A stretch of 64,000 bases of DNA from Antedon mediterranea (lineage: Eukaryota; Animalia; Echinodermata). Location of the stretch: assembly GCF_964355755.1 (NCBI RefSeq), contig NC_092670.1, positions 35,204,388 to 35,268,387 on the forward strand, in the 5' to 3' direction. A program made the position numbers and the translations under genes. Shown here piece after piece: positions 24,401 to 36,600 of this stretch (position 1 is the stretch's first letter; the number at the start of each line of letters is the position of its first letter). Under the pieces are notes generated by a model that did not search any database, was not told the origin of the DNA, and worked only from the letters and a program-made list of their open reading frames with translations.

Positions 24401-27400
24401 GGGGTTACTTAAGTGTTTTTGTCAAAGTTGATGTTACAGCACCTGTTATTTCTATGAGGATTCACCTAATCCCCTGTATGACTTGTTTGAGCTGGAGAGT
24501 AAACATGTTTATATAGTTTCAAAGATATGCAAAACATAGTGTTTTTTTTTTCATTGTGTATATAACTTATACATTCATGAAATCAATTTTAAGGATTGAC
24601 TTGCACCCAATCCCCTTTATAGCTTTGTTTGAGCAGCAGTTATTGTCAATCAAATACCAAGTATATAAAGTATAAATATGAATATTTTTAGAATTTCATT
24701 ATTTTACCTAGGGTAGAAGAGTAATATATATGTTTACAGAGGTTAAAGGTATGATAAACATTTGAGTATTACTTGACTTGAGTATATATTCATGAAAACA
24801 AATCCCCTTTTTTTATTAGCTTCAGCAGGACAAGTGGAAGCCCGACTATGGACCACCAGCTTTCATTCCATCATGGGGTGCAACAGCAACTGGAGCTCGC
24901 AACTTTCTTATTGCATTTAATGTAAATGTGTTGGGAACTAAAGAACAAGCTCACAGAATTGCATTGAATGTGCGTACACAAGGACGGGGAAAGGACCAGG
25001 TAACATTTTTTTAAATGAATGGATGACTAATACAGTAGTTTGGTGTTCCCAAATGGTCAACTTGACAATACATTATAACCCCTTTTTTGAGACCACCTAT
25101 TAAGATGAGGAGGAATATATGTTTTAACACTACCGCCGTTGCCAACCCTTAAAGCTCTGTTTACATGATCCAAACTTTATGTAACAAAAAAATGTGATGT
25201 GCCCATATATGGACACGATGATGTCATATCACTACCATATTTGAGCATAGCACTATCATATTTGGGCACATCAAGGCCAATTTAGGTAGTGTAGTAGCGG
25301 TAAGCGTAAAAACCATGTGGCTTGTCCACATAAAATTAGTATCTATCCTGAGCAGGTTTCCGCTCAACCACCCTTCTGCTTCAAATTTTGTTTAAATGGT
25401 CATAAGAAATAACATAGATTCTATATTATTTGTATGCCTTGCTCGTCTGTGTAAATTGGCCTTTATTCAGTGGAAAATCATTTTGTTTTCTAGCCTGGAA
25501 GATTAGAACATGTACAGGGTATTGGATGGTGGTTAGATGAGGCCAACTTAGCCCAAGTGTCTATGAATTTAACTGATCAAGACGTAACACCAATGCATGT
25601 TGCTTTTGAGGAGTGTCTCAAAGATGCTAAGGTTAGTAGTACTGCCACATCACTACCTTACCAACTATGATTCAAATTTCTCTGCATGAACAATCTGACA
25701 TAAGTCAACTTTGTAGTTACCAAGTTTTTACCTTAAGTTAATGAAAAAATTATTTATTTCTGCAATTCTTATGCTCTGTCTACACTATCAAACTTTATGT
25801 GACAAAAAAAAATCTAGATATTACTTATTTTGATTTGTTTAAATAATAAATCCTGACCTTGTGGAAAGGTTTTGACTCTGATTCTACACTTCAAGTTATG
25901 AAATGAGGGAGGGAAGAATCAGTGGTGTAACACTCAGGGTGAAGGCCCCAGGTTTAACATTCCTCACCCTCCAATGTGGTCATGCTCTGGGACCCATTGA
26001 GCACTGGATCCCCTGGGTTGAGCCAGTGAGCACTGGAGCCCCTGGGTTGAGCCAGTGAGCACTCATAGCTGTTAAGCCACTGGGAGGAGTATAGTTTAGA
26101 AAGTTAATCTTTCTTTTGGATGCTTTGTAATAAATAAATATAAACTTTGTTTTTATTGTTCAGGAAATTAATCTTGGGATATGTGGATCTCAAGTTGTTG
26201 GCATCATTCCAAAAAAGGCGATCCTCGCTGCAGCTGAATATTACATCCAGAGGGACAACCTGTTCATCTTGGAAGAGAGCCAGAAAGTTAGATTGGTAAG
26301 TTATCATTTTCACACACCGCAATTCACGCATCAATTCAAACCAAACCCATCTTGAAATCCTCAAAATGAGTATAAAGCCAAAAGGGATTTGCAAAGAACA
26401 GATGACCTTTCAACCCACTGTGATTATTTATACAAATTGTGGTGTAGTGATAGGGCCGGTTCAGACTTAGTTATCCACCTATGTAAGTCAATCAATCAAT
26501 AATCAATCAATAATTTTTATTTCTCAAATAAAAACAAAAAACAGTTAACATTTTCTAAAAATAATAGATAATAAATGAGAAAAAGGGGTACCCCACTGGG
26601 AGCTTAAGCTTTAAAATGTGGGGTCCTGGCAACATAATTAAAAATAAGGTAAGGTAAGAAATATATATAATATATGATAATGAACATAAAAAGACATTTA
26701 ACTTAACAAATGCAGTTATTATTTGACTTAAGACAGATATATGATCAACTTAAATAATAATAGTAGAAACAAGGTATTCATGTAGTTGGTTCCTACCCAC
26801 TGAAGTTAGCTATAATAGTGGCCTACCAAACAAACTTACCTAGGTAAATAACTAAGTCTGAATTGGCCTATTTTTGTAAATTTCTACTGACTATCATGCC
26901 TTACCTGTTGATGATGACATTGAAAATAATAGTAATATGCATGTACCTTTTTATTTCAGGCAATAAATAGACTTGGTCTCAGTTCTGTATCCCAGTTTAA
27001 CCCTAAAGATCGAATAATCGAGTAAGCTAATGAATTTTATTATGTTGTACTTTAGATTAAATAATATGTCAATTTTTATAGCAGAATATATTTTTTATAT
27101 TTAATTTATTCAACTTTTTGTCCTGCTTTCCTAAGAAAGATAAGCATGCATGAAAGCTACAGAAATTGAATTTCTTTGTTTTGTTTTTCTTTTTTGTTTT
27201 GTTTTGCCATTTTCAATGTGTAAAGGCTAAATATAGAATGAAAATTACTGTATATTTTTTCTTTTTTATTCCAGGTACATGATAGAGGATGAAAGTGAGA
27301 GTGGGCCATTAACATCGCTAAGCCTCAAGTCGTTTATACGCAGCATAGGGGCACGTACTCCTACGCCTGGTGGAGGCTCAGCATCTGCAGCAATTGGAGC

Positions 27401-29074
27401 TATGGTACAGTATAGTTTTATTTTACACTTTTTATCTCATGCTGTGTTACAAATTTATTATTAAGGGCTTGCTTATGTGGGTACTGAGGTTCCCACAGAC
27501 TTTAAAATGTTCCCAGAATGCTTGCATATGATATGTGTAATTAAACTAAGTAAACTATAAATTAACTTTTTTTAAAAATAGACATTAATTATATATTTTT
27601 AAAATGGTTGTTTTCTTATTTATGTTATCCAGTTGTTCATTTGATAATTTCATTGTTTTTATAGTTTCATAGAATGTAATTGGTTTTTTTTGTAATGTAT
27701 AGGGAGCAGCGTTGTGTACGATGGTTGGCTGGATGACCTTTGGAAACAAGAAGTTTATGGCTTTAGATGGTACCATGAGGAAGTTGATTCCACCACTGTA
27801 TGAGACCATGAATGCTCTCATCCCATTGGTCGATGCTGATGCTGATGCCTTCACTGCATTCATGGTATGTTTACTTTTACATTACCAGAAACACTTTTGT
27901 TGTTTTATCGTCAAACACATTGCTGATCTCTCTTTACTGTACATCCTTCTCTAGCAGACTTCACAATTAACCAGAAACAAGATTTACTCCATAGTTGGTC
28001 ATCACAAACCCTTATTAAATCAATTTATATTATTTTAGGATGCTATGAAATTACCAAAAAAATCTGAAGAGGATATAAAAAAGTAAGTAGTCTGGGAGGT
28101 TAGTTGGTTAGTCCTAACTAATAAATTATACTGCCATTAAATATTTTGAGATCTTGTTTAACAGAGGTAAAAAATGTTTATAAGTGTCCAAATTGTTGGT
28201 AGTGGTCAGATCACCTTATATATTGAGATTGGATATATTTAGTGTATTTTAGGACAGGAAAGCGGACTAAAGCTCTGTTTACACTATCAAACCATGGAGT
28301 AATAATTATTACTCAAAAATTGTGATGTGCCCAAATATGGTAGTGATATGCCCAAATATGGTAGTGATATGACATCATCATGTCCATATATGGGCACATC
28401 ACATTTTTTTGTCACAAAGACAGAGCAATAATACTTTATTTATTCATGCTGGCCACCAGCAGTAAATTGCTCACAAAAGAACACACAATGTACATTTCAA
28501 ATATATACAGTTAGACAGATAATTTAGGTTGGTTACTAAGTAATGTTTTTAATCAACTTGTATGTCTTGTACAGACGTGAGGCAGCACTCTTGTCCAGTA
28601 CTAAGTCATCTATTGCTGTTCCGATGCATACAGCAATAACAGCTAACAAATGCTGGGATCCGTTAAAACAGCTGGCTGTTCATGGCAATGTGCAATGTAT
28701 ATCGGACCTACAGGTAAATAAGTTACAAAAGAGTACTAAAAAAAAAGAAGTCCATGGACTTCTGTTTGAGATTTTCCAGTAGATTGGTAATTTATTTTTC
28801 AATAGACTTTCTAGAATATGCATTACTTGGTTTTAAAGAAACATAATAATACATAAAAATAATTCTTTATTTTTGCCAGGTTGGAGCTCGAGCTTTGGAA
28901 ACAGCCGTATGGGGTGCCTACTACAACGTGATCATCAACCTACCGAATATGAAGGAAGAAGAATTCAAAACAAAAGCTAAATCCGACATTGACGCAGCTT
29001 TGAAGCAGGCACAAGAGGGCGCTGCTGAAGTCTTGAAGATTATTGATGATCGTGTCAACGCAAAGGATAAGTAA
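18448..29074 (+). CDS. FTCD: Formimidoyltransferase-cyclodeaminase, complete, 545 aa. Exons 18448-18501, 18949-19132, 22431-22559, 23212-23300, 24820-24999, 25494-25631, 26164-26295, 26960-27021, 27275-27404, 27703-27864, 28039-28082, 28575-28713, 28880-29074
   Basis: Motifs [107 protein letters not shown] boundaries are phase-consistent and the exons sum to 1638 nt. Confidence 0.96.
19310..20487 (+). mobile_element. CORE-type tRNA SINE, interrupted by two TIR elements (~19474-19688 and ~19752-20379)
   Basis: B-box ggttcgaatcc. CORE-like cctttggcaagatactttac...tgcctctcccacccaggtgaataaatgggtacc. (ATT)n tail near 20460-20487. Inserts have TIR ttgtcgtattcga...tcgaatacgacaa and inverted ggccgagttgac arrays. 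Confidence 0.65.
20842..21637 (-). mobile_element. 5'-truncated LINE 3' end (Rex1/Babar-like RT C-terminus) with (TTGAC)n tail, antisense in FTCD intron 2
   Basis: Open frame [37 protein letters not shown]...[14 protein letters not shown]...[13 protein letters not shown]...[18 protein letters not shown]...[10 protein letters not shown]...[10 protein letters not shown] (stop at 20984). AATAAA then (TTGAC)4 on the minus strand at 20842-20872. Confidence 0.88.
21638..22019. mobile_element. MITE with ~80-bp imperfect TIR (TAGAGTATCATGGTG) abutting the LINE 5' break
   Basis: tagagtatcatggtgctgacgtcacgac...ggttgctagcgcaaccaaaagtgcgttcagc is inverted relative to gctgaacgcattttttggttgtctagcaacc...gtgacgtcacaccatgatactcta. 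Confidence 0.75.
22902..23086. mobile_element. Tc1/mariner-pogo-type MITE (TA|CAGTCAACTCTCCCAATACCGGAC ... GTCCGGTATTGGGAGAGTTGACTG|TA)
   Basis: Perfect 24-bp TIR starting CAGT with TA on both sides. Partial copy near 10905-10955. Confidence 0.8.
23420..24346. mobile_element. Harbinger-like MITE with TAA TSD
   Basis: TAA|CGCCCGTATTCTTAAACCGGACTTTAGTCGTAGTTC ... GAACTACGACTAAAGTCCGGTTTAAGAATACGGGCG|TAA: perfect 36-bp TIR, inserted into a decayed SINE. Confidence 0.85.
26452..26870. mobile_element. MITE (TIR GGCC..TTCAGACTTAGTTAT..ACCT)
   Basis: agggccggttcagacttagttatccacct at the left. aggtaaataactaagtctgaattggcct at the right. Confidence 0.6.
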
Positions 29075-30259
29075 TATCAACCTATTGCATTACTGCAGTA
29101 TTGATGATTTCTTGCAGTAAATCATGGATTGTTAATTTTACGTAATATGTTACTGCAGAAATGAATATACTGCAGTAATTGTATAAGATTTTATTTTACA
29201 TTGTTTTTATAAATTTTAAGTGTCCTAGACATTATACATTTTGAAACTTAAATCTATTTATATACTGTAGGCAATATTTAATTGTGTTCAACACTTTAAC
29301 TGTGTATAATATAGAATTTAATAAAATATTCATTCCAAATATGCAAGGTTTAACAATGCACTGGTCTTTAGTTAATAGAATAATTATTTTGGTAATCCAC
29401 CCTGGACAGATCATCTTTTGAGTTTTTCTTTCTTCCCCACCGCAATATTTTAACGTCAACGTCATCATCAAATTTAACACCTTTTTTCTTCGCGCAATAT
29501 CTAAAGAATCTGACTTGAAGTTTCTATTATCCTTATTTTTCTTAATGTAGCGCAAAGGTCATGAACACAAAACCAACAGCTTAACATCTTAACTGAAAGA
29601 TGTTGGTTTGTTAAAGACTTAAATTTCCAACCTCATCAGTCAAAACACAAGAAAGAATTACAGTTTTAATGTGCTTTATTCTGAATTAAGTATAAATGTG
29701 CACATATAGTAGCTAGTGTAGTAGCCACAGTGTTATGCTGCACACATATTCACAGATGTATACTTGTTTTTGACAATGCTAGACTACAGTATACTGTGTG
29801 CTACATTTTAAAGAGGTTTAAATGTTTATTGTCTCCCAAAAAACATACAAAAATGATATTTAATAAAGTTATTCATGTCTGTAGAAAAAATTTAAATCCA
29901 GTTGATGTGACATTAAAATGGTATAAAACATGTTTTTAGAGAGACATTATATTTAATATCGTCATTAAAGACAACATTTATGCTTCTCCATATTGGTGGA
30001 TATACCATAAGAAAATAAACATTTTACTTATGACCTAACTAAACAAAATTGTGTTGTTTTATATCAAGATCAAGCCCAGTCATTAAAAACAAGTAAACAA
30101 AAAACAGGCATGATAGGCCTATATAGTTTAAAAGAAAAGTTAAACACTTAGATTTTGTAATGTATGTTTACCAAAAATGTTTACTAAAAAACTACTTATA
30201 ATTAGTATAAGCATTATAGATGTAATTTCTCCATTTTAAATCAACGGAGTAGAATTTTA

Positions 30260-32553
30260 TTATGACATGTCATAACAGTAAACATCGTAAGTAGTCGACT
30301 TATCCTTAAAACCCCAGTGTCGCAGACCAGGAGGTGAGTTTTGGTCACATCCCTGTCGAGGCATTGTGATTGGATACTGAACACTGCCGTCTGACAACCA
30401 CCCAGCCGCGCAATAGTCCAAACCAAACATATACGCGGCTTGTAGCTGAGATGGAGTGGCGATGGTCGCATTGTTGTCGAGGCATGCTTGTTGTGCGTCA
30501 GCGAAGTTCAGCTTATAGGTGCCTCCAACAGCCAGATGGAACACTCGATCATGGACTGCAATGAAGAGACGTTCATGTTAAATTTAGTATATTGAATCAA
30601 ATAACCTCACTAAATTGAACAAGCTCACCACACCGCACAACTAAAATGGAAGATCTACAAATCATGTGTAAGAGCAGTGTTTATGATGCCGAAGAGTAGA
30701 ACATAGAGCCAACAGAAAAGTGTAGAATAAAAAGAGCACACAGAGTAGTCTGGGCTCCAGACGGAGTTTTGTATTAATATTAGTAAAAATATAAATATTT
30801 TTGCACATATGGCGTTTCATACGTGTATTACTCGAGTTTGGATATTTTGTATTTTCAGTCAAAAATCAATGACGACGTGTGGAATGACATAAAAAAGACA
30901 ATAAATACAGAGATGTGGTGTTTGCCCCCGCCTGCGTGAAATCAAACCTGAGATGTTTGCAACACTGTTGCTTCATCGGTTCCTACTTGTGATATTACAT
31001 AAAGCGTGGTTCCCACTAGAATGCAACGCAGCGGCGTATTGCGTAATCACAAGTGGGAACCGACGACGCAACAGTGCTGCAAAAATCGTAGGTTTTATTT
31101 CACGCATGCGGGAGCAAACTAAATTATAGGGAAGGCATTTTGTTGTTCCTTTCTGAAAGCCTAACACCACATCTCTGTGTGCTCTTTTTATTCTACACTT
31201 TTATGTTGGCTCTACGTTGGAAGGGTATTTTCTTACGTTGCGTAGGTTGTGTTACGTTGCGTCGCTAGGGGTGGGAACCAAACTTAATACAGCACTTTGC
31301 GTCAATACTGCGTTGCGTTCTAGTGGGAACCTCGTAGTGGAACGTATAGAGATTAGAAGAGGTCATTTATAATCGAAAGAGAAATGATGACAAAGATGTA
31401 CTGCAAAGAATGAGCTTTGGGAATGATTGGAGAATATAGAATTGCGGGTGACGCCTACATTCAACTGAAAAGGGCAGTTGGAAGAACAGTGATAGATCCC
31501 GATTCCATCCTTGTTTTCAATTATTAAACAATTACAATCTTACGTTTGGAACATGTGCATTCACTAAGGTGATCCACCTTTGTCTCGAGTTCGTCGAGTT
31601 TTTTAAGAACTTGTCTTCGTGTATCTTCTTGTGTCAAATTAACAACCAGATCATCAAGTTTATCTACTACATCAGCTAATAGGTTGACTTTGTGTTTCAG
31701 TTCACGTTCATCTTCCGAAAGTAGTTTCAAGAATCTATGAATGGTCTTGACAAATTTATTGTTTGGTTCGCATAGTTGAGTATCCGTCTGTGCCTAGAAA
31801 AATCACACGAGATTAGCGCTGTAAAAGATGGCAAAAATTCCACAAAGCATCCTAAATTGTCGGTCACAAATTTACATAGCTTAAAGCGGTTCCACTTGTC
31901 TAATTTGTCTGAGAAATCGAGGTGCCATCTTAATTTCGTTGTCGGCCCAAAAGGTCTTCTATGCAAAATAGCGATACGCCTAGGCCTACATAACGGGATT
32001 AGGCCTATCGATTATGGGAACTAAAAACGTTAGTTTTCAGTGCGACACTTTGTCGTAGAATGTGCAAAAAGTCACATTTGTGCAAACAACCACATTTGTG
32101 TAAACATGGCACCCTTTTAAAAAATGTGCAAATATGAAAAAATGTATAATCCACTAATGCAAAAACATCACGCCGCTAAATTTAAAAACGATCAATTTTG
32201 ACGTTAAATATGCAAAAGAAATTCTCAAAATCTCAATATTTTTCAACCAAAATCATGAGTTTATTAAAATGATAACCTAATTCCAAATATCCACGTTTTT
32301 TTTAAACATAATGTTTAGCCACTTATATCACTTTGCTCGAGTACCATCTAGGTCGTGTCCACAGATGGTTCTCGAATACACAGTAAGTATTAGAAGGGCA
32401 TTTCCTTACGTTGCGTAGATTGCGTTACGTCGCTAGTGGGAACCAAGCTTTAAAAAGAAATAATAAAAACTTTCTTACCTTAATTGCGCTAAAGAAACAA
32501 AATACGAAAAACATATTCATTACCATACCATTCATCACCATACCATTCATCAT
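30260..32553 (-). CDS. Secreted coiled coil-Link module protein L1, 206 aa. Exons 32553-32479, 31793-31544, 30555-30260
   Basis: Exon 1 encodes a signal-like MMNGMVMNGMVMNMFFVFCFFSAIK. Exon 2 encodes AQTDTQLCEPNNKF, a heptad-rich LKHKVNLLADVVDKLDDLVVNL...LKKLDELETKVDHL and CTCS. Exon 3 encodes a Link module (VFHL...YKLNFADAQQAC...IATPSQLQAAY..GLDYCAAGWLSDGSVQYPITMPR.GC...YDVYC) with four Cys. Phases 0/1 fit. Confidence 0.88.
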
Positions 32554-32620
32554 TGTTGCAGTGAAGTTGCTTGTTGAGAGAGTTGAGAAAGTAAGTGAAT
32601 AAAAAGAATGGGCATTTTGC

Positions 32621-32630
32621 TCTATATATA
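32621..32630 (-). promoter_or_regulatory. Candidate TATA box of L1
   Basis: TATATATAGA on the minus strand ~70 bp upstream of the ATG. A TATTTAAGA-like motif lies at a comparable position before L2 (~39230) and L4 (~45120). Confidence 0.45.
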
Positions 32631-33698
32631 GCTAGCAACCTAACACCCGTACTACCAGGCACCGATACATCCGTGTCATTTCCGTGTCCCTTCCAAACAG
32701 ATATATTGGGTAATATTGTTCCTTCTATATTTAAAATAGTCCCAAAATATAAATTGGAATTTTTACCGTGGAATTTCCAATTTGTATACTGTTGAGGAAT
32801 TTGTCCTATTTCATCTTGTATATTTTGCATTACGCAAGTATTTCAAAACAATTTTAAAGATTATGCAATTTTTTTAAAAGCTGATGATTTAAGACGTTTC
32901 AATTTTTTTTAAAGGACTATCCAATTCTGATCCGAGTTAACAGTTAAACCATTAAAAAAAATATTTCTTACAAAAAAAAGCCGCTCGACTCATTGAAAGT
33001 TTTATTTTTTTGTTCTTCTTTCATTAAATGATGCTTTTATTGATGATATAAGTTAATAAAGCGTGGTTCCCACTAGCGACGCAACACAAGGACGTAACGC
33101 AACGCAAGTGAATTGACCAATCACAAGCGATGGCTTATTCGCTTGTAATTGCTAACTGTCTATAACTTCGTCATTGGTTAAAACGCTTGCGTTGCGTTTA
33201 CGTCCTTGCGTTACGTTCTAGTGTGAACCAAGCTTTAGGTAAAATGCTCGATTTAGATACGTCGTTCGTGTAATGCGCATAGACCTGTTCACACCAAAAT
33301 CGGACCGGCAGACCAGTTTTGGCTCTCAAAACCTGTCCGAAATCTCACGTGACATAAGCAGCAGCAGATATTTGCATAGACTCTCTTCTATGTGGTCTGC
33401 GCATGCCCAGTCCGATTTTACAAATTTCCATTTTTTCAGCCTTCAAGTAATAGCTGTTTTGCAATGATTCCGTTTTCTGGACTTTAACTGCTTAAAGGCG
33501 CGGTGCGGAAAATAATATCCACTATGGCTATCATTTTAGTATTTTTCTCGAAAACTGATAAATAAAAAGGCTAAATAAACCGTTAAGCTCAGAATACGTT
33601 TTATTAAACAAAATAAACTAATGTTAATTTTAAAAGACAAAAGTTAGTGAAATCTGCATAAGAGGATAATACTAAAATAGGCATTGATACGTGCTGAA

Positions 33699-36600
33699 TT
33701 AATTTCGGAAGCAATAAACGTTGTATGTCTTGGAATGATCTGGTGTCCCCCAGCTACGAAGCCCCGATGGTGTGTTTACTCCGCATCCGTTTCGTGGCAT
33801 CGTGATGGGATATTGAACACTGCCGTCTGACAACCATCCAGCTGCACACACGTCCAAACCAAATGTATGAGCGGCTTTAAGCTGAGCAGGAGTGGCGATG
33901 ACAGCGTCACGGTCAATACATGCTTGTTTGGCTTTTTGGAAATTCAGCGTATAGCGACCCTCCGCCACATGGAACACTCGATCAGGGTCTGTAATAAAAG
34001 ATAACACAATACGTTATTTATAGGCCCACTATTGTCAGATGCAGTAGCAGAGACCACTGGGCCTAGCATCCAGGAGATCCGCGGTTTATATAAAAGAAGT
34101 GTTTGTATATGTACGGTAAGTATTATACAGATATTGACTGCTTAGAGGTTAAATATAAGATTTGACATCCCCGAGGGAATGATATTAAGTTCGAGGGAAT
34201 ATATATTTCCCGAAGCGCCAGCTGAGGGAAATATATATTCCCCGAGAACTTAATATCATTCCCGAGGGGATGTCAAATCTTATATTTAACCGATATAAAA
34301 GGCAATATCTGTTATATTGTATAGCCAAGAACAAGTCTGCTGTTTTGGGTGAAGCTAGGCTAGGCCTCCTATAGGCTAGTATTTGTATTGTATTTAAACA
34401 AGCCTGCCTAGACACCTTACCTTGCGAAGAATAATATACAGATAATTACTAATTGATGATTCCTTGGCAATAAAATATTCACTTAGGCCTAGGTCGTTTA
34501 AATTAACAGAAGAATTTCCATCAATAAGCCTATTAATAATAATATTATAATCAGGTAGGCCGAATAAACAATTCGTCTTCACTCGATCTTCGAGGAGCCG
34601 AATCACCGGATGTTCAGCGCGTACTAGTTACTAGGTTACTACCGTGAGTATTGACCAATCACAAACGGTGTTTCATCACATTTAGGGTGGACTTATAACA
34701 AATGAGGGCGCTATGTATGCATAGCTTAAATAGTTTAGAAGATTAATATCTTCAAGCAAATTCCGTGGCCCAGCGGATGAAACGTTGTCTTGCGATGGAG
34801 TGACAATTCCACCCGAGTTCAAGATCGAGTAGATGACTTTTGTTTATTTATCGGCAAACTCGAGTGTTGCACACGAAAATTACACAGTCAATATCATCGT
34901 ACTCGAGAATTTATATGATTAATGACAGGGGACACGATTATTACGCGAAAATTACACAGTCAATATCATCGTTCTCGAGGATATATACGATTTACGATCC
35001 TCGCAGCGGTAGTCATGTGATGCAGTTTCAACCAATCACGTTCGCGTATTTACATAGGCTATGTAATATTATACAGATATTGACTGCTTAGAGGTTAAAT
35101 ATAAGATTTGACATCCCCGAGGGAATGATATTAAGTTCGAGGGAATATATATTTCCCGAAGCGCCAGCTGAGGGAAATATATATTCCCCGAGAACTTAAT
35201 ATCATTCCCGAGGGGATGTCAAATCTTATATTTAACCGATATAAAAGGCAATATCTGTTATATTATATAGCCAAGAACAAGTCTGCTGGGTTGGGTGAAG
35301 CTAGGCTAGGCCTCCTATAGTATTTGTATTGTATTTAAAACAAGCCTGCCTAGACACCTTACCTTGCGAAGAATAATATACAGATAATTACTAATTGATG
35401 ATTCCTTGGCAATAAAATATTCACTTAGGCCTAGGTCGTTTAAATTAACAGAAGAATTTCCATCAATAAGCCTATTAATAATAATATTATAATCAGGTAG
35501 GCCGAATAAACAATTCGTCTTCACTCGATCTTCGAGGAGCCGAATCACCGGATGTTCAGCGCGTACTAGTTACTAGGTTACTACCGTGAGTATTGACCAA
35601 TCACAAACGGTGTTTCATCACATTTAGGGTGGACTTATAACAAATGAGGGCGCTATGTATGCATAGCTTAAATAGTTTAGAAGATTAATATCTTCAAGCA
35701 AATTCCGTGGCCCAGCGGATGAAACGTTGTCTTGCGATGGAGTGACAATTCCACCCGAGTTCAAGATCGAGTAGATGACTTTTGTTTATTTATCGGCAAA
35801 CTCGAGTGTTGCACACGAAAATTACACAGTCAATATCATCGTACTCGAGAATTTATATGATTAATGACAGGGGACACGATTATTACGCGAAAATTACACA
35901 GTCAATATCATCGTTCTCGAGGATATATACGATTTACGATCCTCGCAGCGGTAGTCATGTGATGCAGTTTCAACCAATCACGTTCGCGTATTTACATAGG
36001 CTATGTAATATTATACAGATATTGACTGCTTAGAGGTTAAATATAAGATTTGACATCCCCGAGGGAATGATATTAAGTTCGAGGGAATATATATTTCCCG
36101 AAGCGCCAGCTGAGGGAAATATATATTCCCCGAGAACTTAATATCATTCCCGAGGGGATGTCAAATCTTATATTTAACCGATATAAAAGGCAATATCTGT
36201 TATATTGTATAGCCAAGAACAAGTCTGCTGTTTTGGGTGAAGCTAGGCTAGGCCTCCTATAGGCTAGTATTTGTATTGTATTTAAACAAGCCTGCCTAGA
36301 CACCTTACCTTGCGAAGAATAATATACAGATAATTACTAATTAATGATTCCTTGGCAATAAAATATTCACTTAGGCCTAGGTCGTTTAAATTAACAGAAG
36401 AATTTCCATCAATAAGCCTATTAAAAATAATAATATTATAATCGGGTAGGCCGAATAAACAATTCGTCTTCTTCTCGATCTTCGAGGAGCCGAATCACCG
36501 GATGTTCAGCGCGTACTAGTTACTAGGTTACTACCGTGAGTATTGACCAATCACAAACGGTGTTTCATCACATTTAGGGTGGACTTTTAACAAATGAGGG

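Noticed and set aside
29625-29645. CTGATGAG...GAAA on the minus strand as a possible hammerhead ribozyme (also ctgatgaag at ~59357)
   Set aside because: Stem II cannot close properly and stems I and III are not evident. The 59357 site lacks the GAAA core.
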